NCBI RefSeq assembly: GCF_035503745.1
Contig: NZ_DATJTC010000002.1
Coordinates: 14,736 to 78,735, forward strand
DNA length: 64,000 nucleotides
Direction of reading: 5' to 3'
Source: Dyella sp.
Lineage (GTDB): Bacteria > Pseudomonadota > Gammaproteobacteria > Xanthomonadales > Rhodanobacteraceae
Numbering within the stretch: position 1 is the first letter of the stretch; every line of letters begins with the position of its first letter. The position numbers and the translations under genes were made by a program. The notes beneath the pieces were generated by a model. The model searched no databases, had not been told where the DNA came from, and worked only from the letters and a program-made list of their open reading frames with translations. Below, piece by piece: positions 29,137 through 40,565 of the stretch.

Positions 29137-29451
29137 CTACGCATCGACCGGTATGCCGTACGTCTGCACGATGCGCTCGTCCTGCGCACTGGCACAGAAG
29201 TGTTCCCATTCGATCCCGTTCACGTCCTGCGTGCTGGTAAAGCCTTGCGCGGCTTCGTCTTCGAAGCCGACATGGCGCAGCTGGCCGGCGCGCTCGGGGT
29301 GCCGGTTGATCGAAAAATTCAAAAGCTCGGTGCGCCACATCGCGTACTTGCCCGCCACCACCGCGTTGGGGCGTTGCCCCAGGCGCGTGCTGTAGTCGGC
29401 GATGGAAGCGTCCAGGTCGCGTACGGCCAGGGCGATGTGAAAGCGTTTCAT
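29137..29451 (-). CDS. small VOC/glyoxalase family protein
   Basis: RFHIALAVRDLDASIADYSTRLG, LRHVGF, DVNGIEWE. Confidence 0.8.
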   Translation of the reverse strand: MKRFHIALAVRDLDASIADYSTRLGQRPNAVVAGKYAMWRTELLNFSINRHPERAGQLRHVGFEDEAAQGFTSTQDVNGIEWEHFCASAQDERIVQTYGIPVDA

Positions 29452-29532
29452 CGACAATTTCCCTGTGTAAAAAGGGCCATGCGGCGCTCTTCCTGCCGGA
29501 GGGATGGGGGTGAGGAAGAGCGCCGCATGGAT

Positions 29533-30549
29533 TTAACCGGCCTTCTTCAACGGTGCGGGCTCGGACTTCGCGCCGGCTTGCAGCCATGGCATGCGCGCGC
29601 GCAGCTTGGCGCCGACCTGTTCGATCGGATGATCCAGGTCCGCCTGCTTGAGCTTGGTGTAGTTGGGCAAGCCCGCGTTGTATTCGGCGATCCAGTTGCG
29701 CGCGAAAGTGCCGTCCTGGATGTCCCGCAACACGCCCTTCATGCGCTCCTTGGTGGCGCTGTCCACCACGCGCGGGCCGCTGACGTAGTCGCCGTATTGC
29801 GCGGTCTCGGAGACAAATTGCAGCATGCGCGTGATGCCGCCTTCGTAGAACAGGTCCACGATCAGCTTCAGCTCGTGCAGTACTTCGTAATAGGCGATCT
29901 CCGGCTGGTAGCCCGCTTCCACCAGGGTCTCGAAACCCTTGATCACCAGTTCGCTGGCGCCGCCGCACAGCACGGCCTGCTCGCCGAAGAGATCGGTTTC
30001 GGTTTCTTCCTTGAAATCGGTCTTGATCAGCATGGCGCGCGCGCCGCCGATGCCGGCGGCATAGGCCTTGGCTTTTTCTTCGGCGTGGCCGGTGCTGTCC
30101 TGGTGCACGGCATACACGCACGGCACGCCGCGGCCGCGTTCGTATTCGCTGCGCACCAGCGCGCCCGGACCCTTGGGCGCGACCAGGATCACGTCGATGT
30201 CGCTGCGCGGCTCAATTTGCTTGAAGTGCACGTTGAAGCCGTGCGCGAACAACAGCGCCGCGCCGGGCTTGATATTCGGCGCGATCGATTCGGCGTACAG
30301 CTTCGGCTGCACCATGTCCGGCGTCAGCACGGCGACCAGGTCGGCGCCGCGCACCGCCTGGGCCGCTTCCACGACGTGGAAGCCATCGGCGACGGCTTTG
30401 CTCCAGGTGGGGCCGTTCGGGCGTAGGCCGATCACGACATCGAGTCCTGAATCCTTCAGATTGAGGGCGTGGGCGCGGCCCTGGCTGCCGTAGCCGAGAA
30501 CGGCGATGCGCGCCTTGGCCAGCGTGTCGGTGGTGGCGGTGCTGCTCAT
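29533..30549 (-). CDS. ilvC: ketol-acid reductoisomerase
   Basis: [48 protein letters not shown]. Confidence 0.98.
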   Translation of the reverse strand: MSSTATTDTLAKARIAVLGYGSQGRAHALNLKDSGLDVVIGLRPNGPTWSKAVADGFHVVEAAQAVRGADLVAVLTPDMVQPKLYAESIAPNIKPGAALLFAHGFNVHFKQIEPRSDIDVILVAPKGPGALVRSEYERGRGVPCVYAVHQDSTGHAEEKAKAYAAGIGGARAMLIKTDFKEETETDLFGEQAVLCGGASELVIKGFETLVEAGYQPEIAYYEVLHELKLIVDLFYEGGITRMLQFVSETAQYGDYVSGPRVVDSATKERMKGVLRDIQDGTFARNWIAEYNAGLPNYTKLKQADLDHPIEQVGAKLRARMPWLQAGAKSEPAPLKKAG

Positions 30550-32258
30550 GCGGTAACTCCTGCTTGGGTGTCTTGCGTGGTTGAAGGGGAAGGCGGAACG
30601 GCAACGGCGGTTTTCGGATGGGTGGTGGCGCCATCGGACGCCGAACCGACCAGACGCGCGTATTTGGCGAGCGCGCCGTGGGTGACCTTGGCGGCGGGCG
30701 GCGTCCAGTGCGCGCGGCGGCTTTGCAGGTCGGCATCGGTGCGCAGCTCGCGGCGGTCGCCGTCGATAACGATGCGGTCGCCATCGCGCAGCAGCGCGAT
30801 CGGGCCGCCGCGCGCGGCTTCCGGTGCAATGTGGCCCACCATGAAACCGTGGGTGGCGCCGGAGAAGCGCCCATCGGTGATCAGGCCGACATCATTGCCA
30901 AGGCCGCGACCGACCAGCGCCGCGGTGACGCCGAGCATTTCGCGCATGCCGGGGCCGCCGGCCGGACCTTCGTTGCGGATCACGATGACGTCGCCCGCCT
31001 TGATGCGGCCGCCCTGCACGGCGGCGAAGGCTTCTTCCTCGCTTTCGAACACGCGCGCGACGCCTTCGAAGTGATTGGCGCCTTTGCCGGCGAGCTTGAG
31101 GATGCAGCCTTCGGGCGCGAGATTGCCGTAGAGAATCGAATAGCCGCCGCGCGGTTTCAGCGGCTGGCGCACCGGATGCACCACGTCCTGTTGCTCGGCG
31201 CGCGGGGCGGCGGCGCATTCTTCGAACAGGCTGCGGCCGGTGACGGTGGGACGATCTTCAAGCATGCCCGCGGCGATCAACTCCTGCGCCACGCGCGCGC
31301 TGCCGCCTGCGCCAAACAGTTCCACCGCGGTATAGCGGCCGCCCGGCAGCAAGTCGGCGATCACCGGCGTGTGCACCGAGGCCGGTTCGAAATCCTCGAT
31401 CGTCCATGGCACGCCCGCTTCGCGCGCGATCGCCAGCAAGTGCAGCACGGCGTTGGTGGAACCGGCCGTGGCGGCGACCATGCGCGCGGCGTTGCGGAAC
31501 GCGGTGACGTTGAGAATATCCAGCGGCTTGCGCTGCTGGCGCAGGCAATCCATCACCAGCTCGCCGCAGCGGAAGGCGGCGTGCGTTTTGGCCGGATGGG
31601 TGGCGGGAATGTCGTTGAAGCCCATCGGCGACAGGCCCAGCGTCTGCATCACCATCGCCATGGTGTTGGCGGTGAACTGGCCGCCGCAAGCGCCGGCACC
31701 GGGGCAGGCGTCTTTTTCGACGGCGGTGAGTTCGGCATCGTCGATCTTGCCCGCGCCGTGCGCGCCGACCGCCTCGAACACCTGCTGGATGGTAATGGGA
31801 TGGTTGTCGTGCGTGCCGTGCGCGATGCTGCCGCCGTAGAGCGCCACCGCGGGAATGTTCAGCCGCGCCATCGCCATCGCGGCGGCGGGAATGGTCTTGT
31901 CGCAGCCGCACAGCACCACCATCGCATCGAGGCAATGGCCGTCCACGGCCAGCTCGATCGAATCGGTGATCACCTCGCGGCTGATCAGCGAGGCGCGCAT
32001 GCCGGGCGTGCCCATCGCAATGCCATCGGTCACGGCAATGGTGTTGAATTCGATCGGCGTGCCGCCCGCGGCGCGGATGCCGGCGGCGGCGTGCTCGGCC
32101 AGTTCGCGCAGATTCAAGTTGCACGGGCTGACGTTGGACCAGGTGTGCACCACGGCCACCAGCGGTTTGGTGATGTCGCCATCGTTGAGGCCGGTGGCGC
32201 GCAGCATGGCGCGCGCGGGGGCGCGGTCGGGGCCGGTTTTGATCAGGTCGCTACGCAT
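30546..32258 (-). CDS. ilvD: dihydroxy-acid dehydratase
   Basis: [50 protein letters not shown]. Confidence 0.97.
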   Translation of the reverse strand: MRSDLIKTGPDRAPARAMLRATGLNDGDITKPLVAVVHTWSNVSPCNLNLRELAEHAAAGIRAAGGTPIEFNTIAVTDGIAMGTPGMRASLISREVITDSIELAVDGHCLDAMVVLCGCDKTIPAAAMAMARLNIPAVALYGGSIAHGTHDNHPITIQQVFEAVGAHGAGKIDDAELTAVEKDACPGAGACGGQFTANTMAMVMQTLGLSPMGFNDIPATHPAKTHAAFRCGELVMDCLRQQRKPLDILNVTAFRNAARMVAATAGSTNAVLHLLAIAREAGVPWTIEDFEPASVHTPVIADLLPGGRYTAVELFGAGGSARVAQELIAAGMLEDRPTVTGRSLFEECAAAPRAEQQDVVHPVRQPLKPRGGYSILYGNLAPEGCILKLAGKGANHFEGVARVFESEEEAFAAVQGGRIKAGDVIVIRNEGPAGGPGMREMLGVTAALVGRGLGNDVGLITDGRFSGATHGFMVGHIAPEAARGGPIALLRDGDRIVIDGDRRELRTDADLQSRRAHWTPPAAKVTHGALAKYARLVGSASDGATTHPKTAVAVPPSPSTTQDTQAGVTA

Positions 32259-32269
32259 CGTGCCCTCGC

Positions 32270-33361
32270 TCAGCCGCACGCGCGCAGGCCGCACAGAAAG
32301 GCCGGCGTGGCTACGTCGTCCAGCGCCTGGATCACCGCGTCGCGGATCTCGGCGGTGCCGGCCTTGCCGCCGATGTCGCGGCTGTGCGGACCGTTGCTGA
32401 GCACGTGGCTCACGGCCGCCTCGATGGTGGTGGCTTCCACGTCCAGTTCCAGCGAGTGGCGCAGCAGCAGCGCGGCGGAAAGAATCGCGCCCAGCGGATT
32501 GGCGGCGCCCTGGCCGGCGATATCCGGTGCCGAGCCATGGATGGGTTCGTACAGGCCGACTTTGCCGTCACCCAGCGAGGCCGAGGGCAGCAGGCCCAGC
32601 GAGCCGGCCAGCGCGGCGGCTTCGTCGGTGAGGATGTCGCCGAACAGGTTTTCGGTGACGATCACGTCGTAGCGCGAGGGTTGCGTCAACAGCAGCATCG
32701 CCATCGAATCGACCAGCTGGTGTTCGAGCTTCACGTCCGGGTATTGGGCCGCGATGCGCGTGACGGTGCTGCGCCACAGGCGCGAGGTTTCCAGCACGTT
32801 GGCTTTGTCTACCGAGGTGACGTGCTGGCGGCGCTCGCGCGCCAGTTCGAAGGCGCGGCGCGTTACCCGCTCGATTTCGGCGACGGTGTACTTGCATTCG
32901 TCGGTGGCGGCGTCAGCGGTGCGGGTCTTGGCGCCGAAGTAGGCGCCGCCGGTCAGTTCGCGCACGAACAAGACATCGACATTCTTGAGCTTTTCGTTCT
33001 TCAGCGGCGACAGCGAGGCCAGCGCCGGATGCACCTGCAGCGGGCGCAGGTTGGCGAACACGCCCAGCGCCGCGCGCAAGGCCAGCAGGCCTTGTTCGGG
33101 GCGCACTTTGGCCTGCGGATCGGACCACTTGGGGCCACCCACCGCGCCCAGCAGTACGGCATCGGCCTGCTTGCACGCGGCCAGCGACGCGGCCGGCAGC
33201 GGCTCGCCCGTGGCGTCGATGGCGCAGCCGCCGATCGCGTGCGATTCAAATTCGAACGTGTGGCCGCTGCGCTCGGCGACGGCTTTCAGTACGGCAACGG
33301 CCGCGTCGGTAACTTCCGGACCTACGCCGTCGCCGGGCAGGGTAACGATACGCGCCTTCAT
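32270..33361 (-). CDS. leuB: 3-isopropylmalate dehydrogenase
   Basis: [54 protein letters not shown]. Confidence 0.97.
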   Translation of the reverse strand: MKARIVTLPGDGVGPEVTDAAVAVLKAVAERSGHTFEFESHAIGGCAIDATGEPLPAASLAACKQADAVLLGAVGGPKWSDPQAKVRPEQGLLALRAALGVFANLRPLQVHPALASLSPLKNEKLKNVDVLFVRELTGGAYFGAKTRTADAATDECKYTVAEIERVTRRAFELARERRQHVTSVDKANVLETSRLWRSTVTRIAAQYPDVKLEHQLVDSMAMLLLTQPSRYDVIVTENLFGDILTDEAAALAGSLGLLPSASLGDGKVGLYEPIHGSAPDIAGQGAANPLGAILSAALLLRHSLELDVEATTIEAAVSHVLSNGPHSRDIGGKAGTAEIRDAVIQALDDVATPAFLCGLRACG

Positions 33362-33942
33362 GCCGCTTTCTCCTGTTGTTGTTCGTAATGAGCGATGGCC
33401 GCCTCCTGCTGCAGCAGAAAGCCGAGCTGATCGACGCCGTTGAGCAGGCAATGCCGTGCGAACGGCTCAAGCTGGAAACGGATGCGTCCGCCGTCGGGCA
33501 ACTCGATGGTTTGCTCGCGCACGTCGATGGACAGTTCCACGCCGGGGTTTTGCAGCAGCCAGCGGTGTTCGGCTTCGTCCAGCACAATGGCGAGCAGGCC
33601 GTTCTTCAGCGCGTTGCCGCGGAAGATGTCGGCGATCTCGCTGCACAGCACCGCCTTGATGCCGTAGTCGAGCAAGGCCCACGGCGCGTGTTCGCGCGAG
33701 GAGCCACAGCCGAAATTGCGCCCGGCGACGAGGATGCCGCAGCCGCGGGCTTCGGATTTGTTGAGCGGAAATGCCGGGTTGTCGCTGCCGTCCTGGTTGT
33801 AGCGCCAGTCCTCGAAGCAGTGCTTGCCCAGGCCGCTGCGCTCGGTGGTGGTGAGGAAGCGCGCCGGGATGATGCGATCGGTGTCGATGTTCTCATCGAC
33901 CAGCACGGCGGTGCGCGAATGAATGCGGGTGATGGGCTTCAT
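33358..33942 (-). CDS. leuD: 3-isopropylmalate dehydratase small subunit
   Basis: [30 protein letters not shown]. Confidence 0.97.
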   Translation of the reverse strand: MKPITRIHSRTAVLVDENIDTDRIIPARFLTTTERSGLGKHCFEDWRYNQDGSDNPAFPLNKSEARGCGILVAGRNFGCGSSREHAPWALLDYGIKAVLCSEIADIFRGNALKNGLLAIVLDEAEHRWLLQNPGVELSIDVREQTIELPDGGRIRFQLEPFARHCLLNGVDQLGFLLQQEAAIAHYEQQQEKAA

Positions 33943-35351
33943 GCGGCCACCTCCGTCAGGTATTGGCGTGGATCGGCGATCGCGCCGGCGATGGCCGAGG
34001 CGGCGGCGGTGGCGGGACTGGCCAGCACGGTGCGCGCGCCCTTGCCCTGGCGACCTTCGAAATTGCGGTTGGACGTGCTGACGACCAGCTGCCCCGGCTG
34101 TGCGAGATCCCCGTTCATGGCGATGCACATCGAGCAACCCGGGATGCGCCATTCCGCGCCGGCGGCGAGAAATACTTCGTGCAGGCCTTCGCGTTCGGCA
34201 TCGCGGCGCACGGCTTCGGAGCCCGGCACCACCAGCATGCGCACGCCCTGGGCGACCTGTCGGCCGCGCAATACGTTGGCCGCTTCGCGCAGGTCCGAAA
34301 GGCGCGAGTTGGTGCAGCTGCCGATGAACACGACGTCCACGGCAGTGCCTTGCATCGGCTGGTTGGGCTTGGCCTGCATGTAGTCGAGCGCGCGCTGTTC
34401 CGGCGCGTTGCGTGCGGCCGGTACCGGCTTGTCCATCGCGATCGCCATGCCCGGATGCGTACCGTAGGTGACCGTGGGACGGATCTGGCTGGCGTCGATG
34501 CGCACCTGGCGGTCGTAGACCGCGTCCGTATCGCTGCGCAGCGCGCGCCAGCGAGCGACGGCCGCGTCCCATGCTGCGCCCTGCGGCGCACCGGGGCGGC
34601 CTTTGAGCCAGGCGAAGGTGGTGTCGTCCGGAGCGATCAGTCCGGCGCGCGCGCCCGCTTCGATCGACATGTTGCACACGGTCATGCGCTCTTCCATCGA
34701 CATCGCTTCGATGGCTTGGCCGCGATACTCCAGTACGTAGCCGGTGCCGCCATCCACGCCGATCTCGCCGATGATGTGCAGGATCAGGTCCTTCGCGCCG
34801 ACCCCGCGCGGCAGCGTGCCATCGACGTGGATGGCGAAGGTTTTCGGCTTGCGTTGCAGCAGGCACTGCGTAGCCATCACGTGGCCGACCTCGGTGGTGC
34901 CGATGCCGAACGCAAGCGCGCCGAACGCGCCGTGGGTAGAGGTGTGGCTGTCGCCGCAGACGATGGTCATGCCCGGCTGGGTGGCGCCCAGTTCCGGACC
35001 GATCACGTGCACGATGCCGCGGTCCTGGCTATCCCAGCCGTACAGGCGCACGCCAAATTCGCGGCAGTTCACTTCCAGTTGCGCCACCTGCGCCTTGGCT
35101 TCGGCGTTGGCGTAGGGGCGTTCACCGTCCGCGCTCGGCGGCAGCGTGGGCGTGGAGTGATCGAGCGTGGCCAGCGTGCGGTCGGGGCGGCGCAGTGTCA
35201 GGCCGCGCGCGCGCAGTTCGCTGAAGGCCTGCGGCGAGGTGACTTCGTGCACCAGATGCAAGTCGATGTACAGCACCGAGGGGGTGGCGTCGGTTTCGGG
35301 TGCGACGACGTGGCCGTCCCAGATTTTTTCGAACAGCGTACGGGGACTCAT
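33939..35351 (-). CDS. leuC: 3-isopropylmalate dehydratase large subunit
   Basis: [55 protein letters not shown]. Confidence 0.98.
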   Translation of the reverse strand: MSPRTLFEKIWDGHVVAPETDATPSVLYIDLHLVHEVTSPQAFSELRARGLTLRRPDRTLATLDHSTPTLPPSADGERPYANAEAKAQVAQLEVNCREFGVRLYGWDSQDRGIVHVIGPELGATQPGMTIVCGDSHTSTHGAFGALAFGIGTTEVGHVMATQCLLQRKPKTFAIHVDGTLPRGVGAKDLILHIIGEIGVDGGTGYVLEYRGQAIEAMSMEERMTVCNMSIEAGARAGLIAPDDTTFAWLKGRPGAPQGAAWDAAVARWRALRSDTDAVYDRQVRIDASQIRPTVTYGTHPGMAIAMDKPVPAARNAPEQRALDYMQAKPNQPMQGTAVDVVFIGSCTNSRLSDLREAANVLRGRQVAQGVRMLVVPGSEAVRRDAEREGLHEVFLAAGAEWRIPGCSMCIAMNGDLAQPGQLVVSTSNRNFEGRQGKGARTVLASPATAAASAIAGAIADPRQYLTEVAA

Positions 35352-36352
35352 GTCGCGGCCTCCATCGTGGCCTGGCTTTGTTGAGGCGTGCGGCCGTGAC
35401 TGGCCGCATTTTGATTTTCGCGGTCGGCGGCGAGCGCGCTCGATACGTGCGTGAGCCAGCCGTAGCGGTCCTGCGTGCGACCATCGAACAGGCCGAAGAA
35501 GGCATCGCGCAGCGCGCGCGTGACCGGGCCGGGCGTGCCGTTGCCGACCTGCTTGCGATCGACCGAACGTACCGGCGTGATTTCCGCGGCGGTGCCGGTC
35601 ATGAACACTTCGTCGGCCCAGTACAGCGCCTCGCGCGGCAGATCGCGTTCTTCCACCGCGATGCCCAGGTCGTCGGCGAGCGTGATCACCGTGTCGCGCG
35701 TGATACCGGACAAAATGCCCGCGCTCGACGGCGGCGTGAGCAGCTTGCCGCGCTTGACCAGGAACAGGTTCTCGCCCGCGCCCTCGCTCAACAGGCCGTT
35801 GTGGCCCAGGGCAATGCCTTCGTCGAAGCCGCCGCGGCGCGCTTCCAGCCCGATCAGCTGGCTGCTGAGGTAGTTGCCGCCGGCCTTCGCCCAGCTCGGC
35901 AAGGTGTTCGGGGCGGGGCGATTCCACGAGGACACGCACACATCCGCGCCGGTTTCGGCGGCGTCGCCCAGATAGGCGCCCCATTCCAGCGCGAGGATCG
36001 CGACGTCGACGGGCGCGCCGTCCCTGGGGAGTACGCCGAGCCCGCCGGCGCCGCGAAAAACGATGGGGCGTACATAGGCCGAAGCCATGCGGTTGGCGCC
36101 AATCAGTTCCACGCACGCTTCGTCGATCTGTTGCTCGGTGTAGCCGATCTCGATGTCGTAGATGCGCGCCGATTCGAACAGCCGGCGCGTGTGATCGGCC
36201 AGGCGGAAATACGCCGGGCCGTCCGGCGTGTTGTACACGCGCTCGCCCTCGAACACCGAGGAGCCATAGTGCAGGGCGTGCGCGCTGACGTGGACGGTAG
36301 CCTCGGCCCAGGGCTTGATGCGCCCGTTGTGCCACAGGAACGGCGTGTTCAT
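35348..36352 (-). CDS. ilvE: branched-chain amino acid aminotransferase
   Basis: [42 protein letters not shown]. Confidence 0.96.
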   Translation of the reverse strand: MNTPFLWHNGRIKPWAEATVHVSAHALHYGSSVFEGERVYNTPDGPAYFRLADHTRRLFESARIYDIEIGYTEQQIDEACVELIGANRMASAYVRPIVFRGAGGLGVLPRDGAPVDVAILALEWGAYLGDAAETGADVCVSSWNRPAPNTLPSWAKAGGNYLSSQLIGLEARRGGFDEGIALGHNGLLSEGAGENLFLVKRGKLLTPPSSAGILSGITRDTVITLADDLGIAVEERDLPREALYWADEVFMTGTAAEITPVRSVDRKQVGNGTPGPVTRALRDAFFGLFDGRTQDRYGWLTHVSSALAADRENQNAASHGRTPQQSQATMEAAT

Positions 36353-37956
36353 GCGGAAGCTCCTTGTGACGTGGGGATCTGGGCAGGGCGTTGGCCGGGC
36401 TGCCGTTCGATGCGGTTGACGATGGCGAGCGCGGCGTGCGCGGTCGCCTCGATGATGTCGGTGCTGACGCTGCTGCCGCTCCAGTCGCGCTCGGCGTGGC
36501 GCGCGGTGAGCCGCGCGTGGCCCTGCGCATCGCCGCCTTCGCTGATGGCGCGGACCTGGAAGCGCGTCAGCACCATGTCGGTGCCGGTGGCGCGCTCGAT
36601 CGCGCGCAGCACGGCGTCCACCGGACCGTCGCCGATCGCCGCTTCGCCCACCACGCGGCCGTCTTCGTGGCTCAGCTTCACCGTGGCCGAGGCGCTGCCG
36701 CCCAGGTGCGAATGGGTGTTGAGCAGGTCCAGGTGCCACGGGCCCTTGGCATCGGGATCCTGACCCAGCGCGAGCGCCTCGAGGTCCTCGTCGCGGATCT
36801 CGCGCTTGCGATCGGCCAGCGCCTTGAAGCGCGCGAAGATCTCATCCATCGCCGCCTCCTCCACCGCGTGGCCGAGCGCCTGCAAGCGCTGGCGCAGGGC
36901 ATGGCGGCCCGAATGCTTGCCCAGCACCAGTGTCGTTTCGGCAATGCCCACATCTTGCGGGCGCATGATTTCGTAGGTGCTGCGATGCTTGAGCATGCCG
37001 TGCTGGTGGATGCCCGATTCGTGCGCGAAGGCGTTCTCGCCCACCACCGCCTTGTTGCGCGGCACGGCCTGTCCGGTGATCTGCGTGAGCAGGCGCGAGG
37101 TGGGGTAGAGCTTGCGCGTGTCGATGCCGGTGTTCAGGCCAAAATGCGGTGCGCGGACCTTCAGCGCCATCACGATTTCTTCCAGCGCCGCATTGCCGGC
37201 GCGTTCGCCGATGCCGTTGATGGTGCATTCGACCTGGCGCGCACCCGCACTGACCGCGGCAAGGCTGTTGGCCACGGCCATGCCGAGGTCGTCGTGGCAA
37301 TGCGCGGAAAATACCGCCTTGTGCGCGTCGCGCACGTTTTTGCGCAGATAGGTGAACAGTTCCACCATTTCGGCCGGCGTGGTGTAGCCGACCGTGTCGG
37401 GCGCGTTGAGCGTGGTCGCGCCGGCGGCGACGGCGGCGCTGAACACTTCGACCAGGAAATCCGGTTCGGTGCGCAGTGCGTCCTCGGCGGAAAACTCCAC
37501 ATCGGCGCAGTATTTGCGCGCGCGTTCAATCGACGCTACCGCAGTGTCGAGCACCTGCGCCTTGCTCATGCCCAGCTTGTGCTCGCGATGCAGCGGACTG
37601 GTGGAGAGGAACAGATGGATGCGTGAGCGATGCGCCTGTTCCAGCGCGCGCGCGGAGGTGTCGATATCGCCGTTCTGGCAGCGTGCGAGTGCGCACACGG
37701 TGGTGGTGCGCAAGGTGCGCGCGATTTCCGCCACGGCGGCGAAATCGTCCGGCGAAGCCTGCGGAAAACCCGCTTCCAGGATGTCCACGCCCAGCGTTTC
37801 CAGCGCTTGTGCCATGCACAATTTCGCGCGCCGGTCCATGGAAAAACCCGGTGCCTGCTCGCCGTCGCGCAGGGTGGTGTCGAAAATGCGTACGCGGTCC
37901 TCGGCGTTGTCGCCGGCTTCGTCCTGGTGCTTGGGTGGTGTCGTTTCGGTGGTCAT
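36349..37956 (-). CDS. leuA: 2-isopropylmalate synthase
   Basis: [38 protein letters not shown]-terminal regulatory domain (GDGPVDA). Confidence 0.98.
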   Translation of the reverse strand: MTTETTPPKHQDEAGDNAEDRVRIFDTTLRDGEQAPGFSMDRRAKLCMAQALETLGVDILEAGFPQASPDDFAAVAEIARTLRTTTVCALARCQNGDIDTSARALEQAHRSRIHLFLSTSPLHREHKLGMSKAQVLDTAVASIERARKYCADVEFSAEDALRTEPDFLVEVFSAAVAAGATTLNAPDTVGYTTPAEMVELFTYLRKNVRDAHKAVFSAHCHDDLGMAVANSLAAVSAGARQVECTINGIGERAGNAALEEIVMALKVRAPHFGLNTGIDTRKLYPTSRLLTQITGQAVPRNKAVVGENAFAHESGIHQHGMLKHRSTYEIMRPQDVGIAETTLVLGKHSGRHALRQRLQALGHAVEEAAMDEIFARFKALADRKREIRDEDLEALALGQDPDAKGPWHLDLLNTHSHLGGSASATVKLSHEDGRVVGEAAIGDGPVDAVLRAIERATGTDMVLTRFQVRAISEGGDAQGHARLTARHAERDWSGSSVSTDIIEATAHAALAIVNRIERQPGQRPAQIPTSQGASA

Positions 37957-37989
37957 GCCTGGCTCCGTTTGGACGGTGCCGAGGGCAAC

Positions 37990-38021
37990 AAAAAACCCCG
38001 CATCCTGGTGGGTGCGGGGTT
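37990..38021 (-). terminator. attenuator terminator of the leu/ilv operon
   Basis: Minus strand AACCCCGCA-loop-TGCGGGGTTTTTT. Confidence 0.92.
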
Positions 38022-38066
38022 CTTCGGGGTATCTAGGTCAGTTTTGCTTTACCTGGACACGCGCCC

Positions 38067-38204
38067 TCAGCCCGCACCTCCGTTGGTAATAAGGAGTACG
38101 AGTACAAGGGAAATAAGAAGGAGGCCGGCAAACGGCAGCGTGTCCGTAACCGTCGGGGGACGGATCGCTCGGGTCACGTAGCGGTGGCTGTTGCGCTGCG
38201 GCAT
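38067..38204 (-). CDS. leu/ilv leader peptide (45 aa)
   Basis: MPQRNSHRYVTRAIRPPTVTDTLPFAGLLLISLVLVLLITNGGAG; 11 of 12 consecutive codons are Leu/Ile/Val; the 3' GGTGCGGG is complementary to the terminator arm CCCGCACC. Confidence 0.88.
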   Translation of the reverse strand: MPQRNSHRYVTRAIRPPTVTDTLPFAGLLLISLVLVLLITNGGAG

Positions 38205-38211
38205 GTCGTTG

Positions 38212-38241
38212 ACCCTAAGGCACCGTTCATGAGGCTGTCAA
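38212..38241 (-). promoter_or_regulatory. sigma70 promoter of the leu/ilv leader
   Basis: TTGACA-N18-TAGGGT. Confidence 0.6.
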
Positions 38242-38568
38242 CCATTTTTTTATGAAAAATTTTCCGAATTGCCAATTCGCACACGTACGGACGGCTGGAC
38301 GTCCATATGTACCAACGTGTTTCGTATTTATTCGTTTCAAAAGAAACCAATAAAAAGTAGCGCGCGATGTAGGCACGATTGCCAATTTGCCGGTCGCGCA
38401 TGCATCCATCGGGGCCCAATGAGGCGACGAGCACGGCGCATGCAGGGGCTGACATGCGGTCGGATGATCCCGAGTCTGTTGCTGGCGTCGGCTGTCCCGC
38501 AGCAATGTGCGTTAGGCAGCGCGGCCCCGCCGGATTGAGCTCTGGAGAGGACTCGGTACCATAGCGAC

Positions 38569-39966
38569 ATGAATGTTTCCCGCCTCTTGACGCCTCGTCG
38601 CCTGACTCGGCGGTTGTTGCCGTTGCGCCGTTTCCTGCGTCCGCAACTGAATGCGCTGCACGCCTTTGCGGTGCCGGCCGATGGCATCCGCGTGCTGGAC
38701 GGCCCGGCCGCGTTCCGCGCGGCGCTGCTGGCGTCGATCGCGCGGGCGCAGCGGCGGATCGTGATCGTGGCGCTGTACCTGCAGGACGATGACGTCGGCC
38801 GCGAAGTGCTCGATGCGCTGTATGCGGCAAAGCGCGCCAATCCCGCATTGGCAGTGGAAATCTATGTCGACTGGCATCGCGCCCGGCGCGGACTGATCGG
38901 CCATGCCGACAGCGATGGCAATGCCGCGATGTATCGCCAGTACGCCGCGCGCTTGGGCGACGGCGTGGCGATCCACGGGGTACCGGTGCAAAACCGCGAA
39001 GTGTTCGGCGTCCTGCATCTGAAAGGTTTCGTGATCGACGACGAAGTGCTCTACAGCGGCGCCAGCCTCAACGAGGTTTATCTGGCCCGGCACGGACGCT
39101 ACCGGCTCGATCGCTACCATCTGCTGCGCCATGCGGGCCTTGCCGATAGCCTGGCCGGCTTCGTGCACCGGCATTTCAAGGGCAGCGACGCGGTGATCCG
39201 GCTGGACCGGCCGCCGTTGCCGCCCACCCGCGAGCTGCAGAATCCGATCCGGCACCTGCGCCGGCAATTGCAACGGGCGCATTACCAGGTGCCGCACGAG
39301 GCGTTGCCGGACGGGGCGGTGGCGGTGACGCCGCTGGTCGGCTTCGGCCGCACCGACAACCAGCTCAACGATGTGCTGCTGGCGTTGCTGCGCGACACGC
39401 GGCGGCGCGTGGTGCTGTTCACGCCCTACTTCAACCTGCCGCGGCCGGTGCGCGCGGTGCTGGGCCACTTGCTGCGCCGCGGCTGCAGCATCGACATCAT
39501 GGTGGGGGACAAGACCGCGAACGATTTCTACATTCCACCCAGCGAACCCTTCCGTAAGACCGGCTTGCTGCCGTATCTATACGAAAGCAATCTGCGCCGC
39601 TTTCTGCGACTGCATCGCACGCACGTCATGCGCGGCCAGCTCAATGTCTGGCTGTGGCGCGACGGCGATAACAGTTATCACCTCAAGGGCCTGCTGATCG
39701 ACGAGGAGGTCGCCGTGCTCACCGGCAACAACCTCAATCCGCGCGGGTGGGGGCTGGACCTGGAGAACGGTCTGCTGTTGCGCGATCCCGCGCATCTGCT
39801 GACGGCGCGTCACGAAGCGGAGTGGGCCGCCCTGCGCCGCCACGCCACCCGGTTGGACGATTACAGCGCGCTGGACAATCCGCGCCACTATCCGCCCCAG
39901 GTGCGCCGGCTGCTGCGCCGGCTCAGCCGGGTGCGGCTGGACCGGTTGCTCAATCGGCTGCTTTGA
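38569..39966 (+). CDS. pssA: CDP-diacylglycerol--serine O-phosphatidyltransferase (PLD superfamily, E. coli type)
   Basis: Two HxK(x4)D motifs (HLKGFVID, HLKGLLID); ALYLQDD, DWHRARRG, GDKTANDFY, DLENG. Confidence 0.92.
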   Translation: MNVSRLLTPRRLTRRLLPLRRFLRPQLNALHAFAVPADGIRVLDGPAAFRAALLASIARAQRRIVIVALYLQDDDVGREVLDALYAAKRANPALAVEIYVDWHRARRGLIGHADSDGNAAMYRQYAARLGDGVAIHGVPVQNREVFGVLHLKGFVIDDEVLYSGASLNEVYLARHGRYRLDRYHLLRHAGLADSLAGFVHRHFKGSDAVIRLDRPPLPPTRELQNPIRHLRRQLQRAHYQVPHEALPDGAVAVTPLVGFGRTDNQLNDVLLALLRDTRRRVVLFTPYFNLPRPVRAVLGHLLRRGCSIDIMVGDKTANDFYIPPSEPFRKTGLLPYLYESNLRRFLRLHRTHVMRGQLNVWLWRDGDNSYHLKGLLIDEEVAVLTGNNLNPRGWGLDLENGLLLRDPAHLLTARHEAEWAALRRHATRLDDYSALDNPRHYPPQVRRLLRRLSRVRLDRLLNRLL

Positions 39967-40561
39967 GCGCGTGCAGGCGCGCCAGGCGCATCTGAAGCCA
40001 GCGCGATACGTCCGGCCACTCGCTGGCGATGATCGAATAGCACACCGTATCGCGCAGGGTGCCGTCGGGACGGCGCTTGTGGGCGCGCAGCACGCCATCG
40101 CGATGGGCGCCCAGGCGTTCGATCGCGCGCTGCGAGTCTAGATTGCGGCCGTCGGTGTGCAATTCCACCGCCACGCATTGCAGGCGCTCGAAGGCGTGCT
40201 GCAGCAACAGGCGCTTGCAGGCGGTGTTCAGGTGGCTTTTCTGCCAGCGCCGGGCGTACCAGGTGTAGCCGATGGCGATACGCGGCAGCGCCGGATCGAA
40301 TTCGTAGAAGCGGGTAGTACCGACGATCTCGCCGCTGCTTTTTTCGCGCACGGCGAACGGCAGCATGGTGTTGGCGGCCAGGCCATCCAGCGCTTTCTGG
40401 ATGTAGGCCGGGGCCTGCCCGGGGGCCGGGGCGCTGGTAAACCACAGTTCCCACAGCTGGCCATCCGCGGCGGCCGCTTCCAGGTCGGAGGCGTGATGCG
40501 GGGCGAGGGGTTCGAGCAGGACGTGCTCGTCCTGGAGTGAGACCGGAGTCAGGGTGGGCAT
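39950..40561 (-). CDS. GNAT N-acetyltransferase (RimJ/RimL family)
   Basis: IAIGYTWY, SQRAIERLGA, DGVLR, RDTVCYSI. Confidence 0.9.
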   Translation of the reverse strand: MPTLTPVSLQDEHVLLEPLAPHHASDLEAAAADGQLWELWFTSAPAPGQAPAYIQKALDGLAANTMLPFAVREKSSGEIVGTTRFYEFDPALPRIAIGYTWYARRWQKSHLNTACKRLLLQHAFERLQCVAVELHTDGRNLDSQRAIERLGAHRDGVLRAHKRRPDGTLRDTVCYSIIASEWPDVSRWLQMRLARLHALKAAD

Positions 40562-40565
40562 CGGA

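Noticed and set aside
22929-38241. Identical 10-mer TTGACAGCCT in the bioB and leu-leader promoters
   Set aside because: Six bases are the consensus -35; the remaining 4-bp match is within chance
38535-38556. Glycine riboswitch suggested by CTCTGGAGAG
   Set aside because: Other conserved elements (CGCCGAAG, CTCTCAGG) are absent and the downstream gene is not glycine-related
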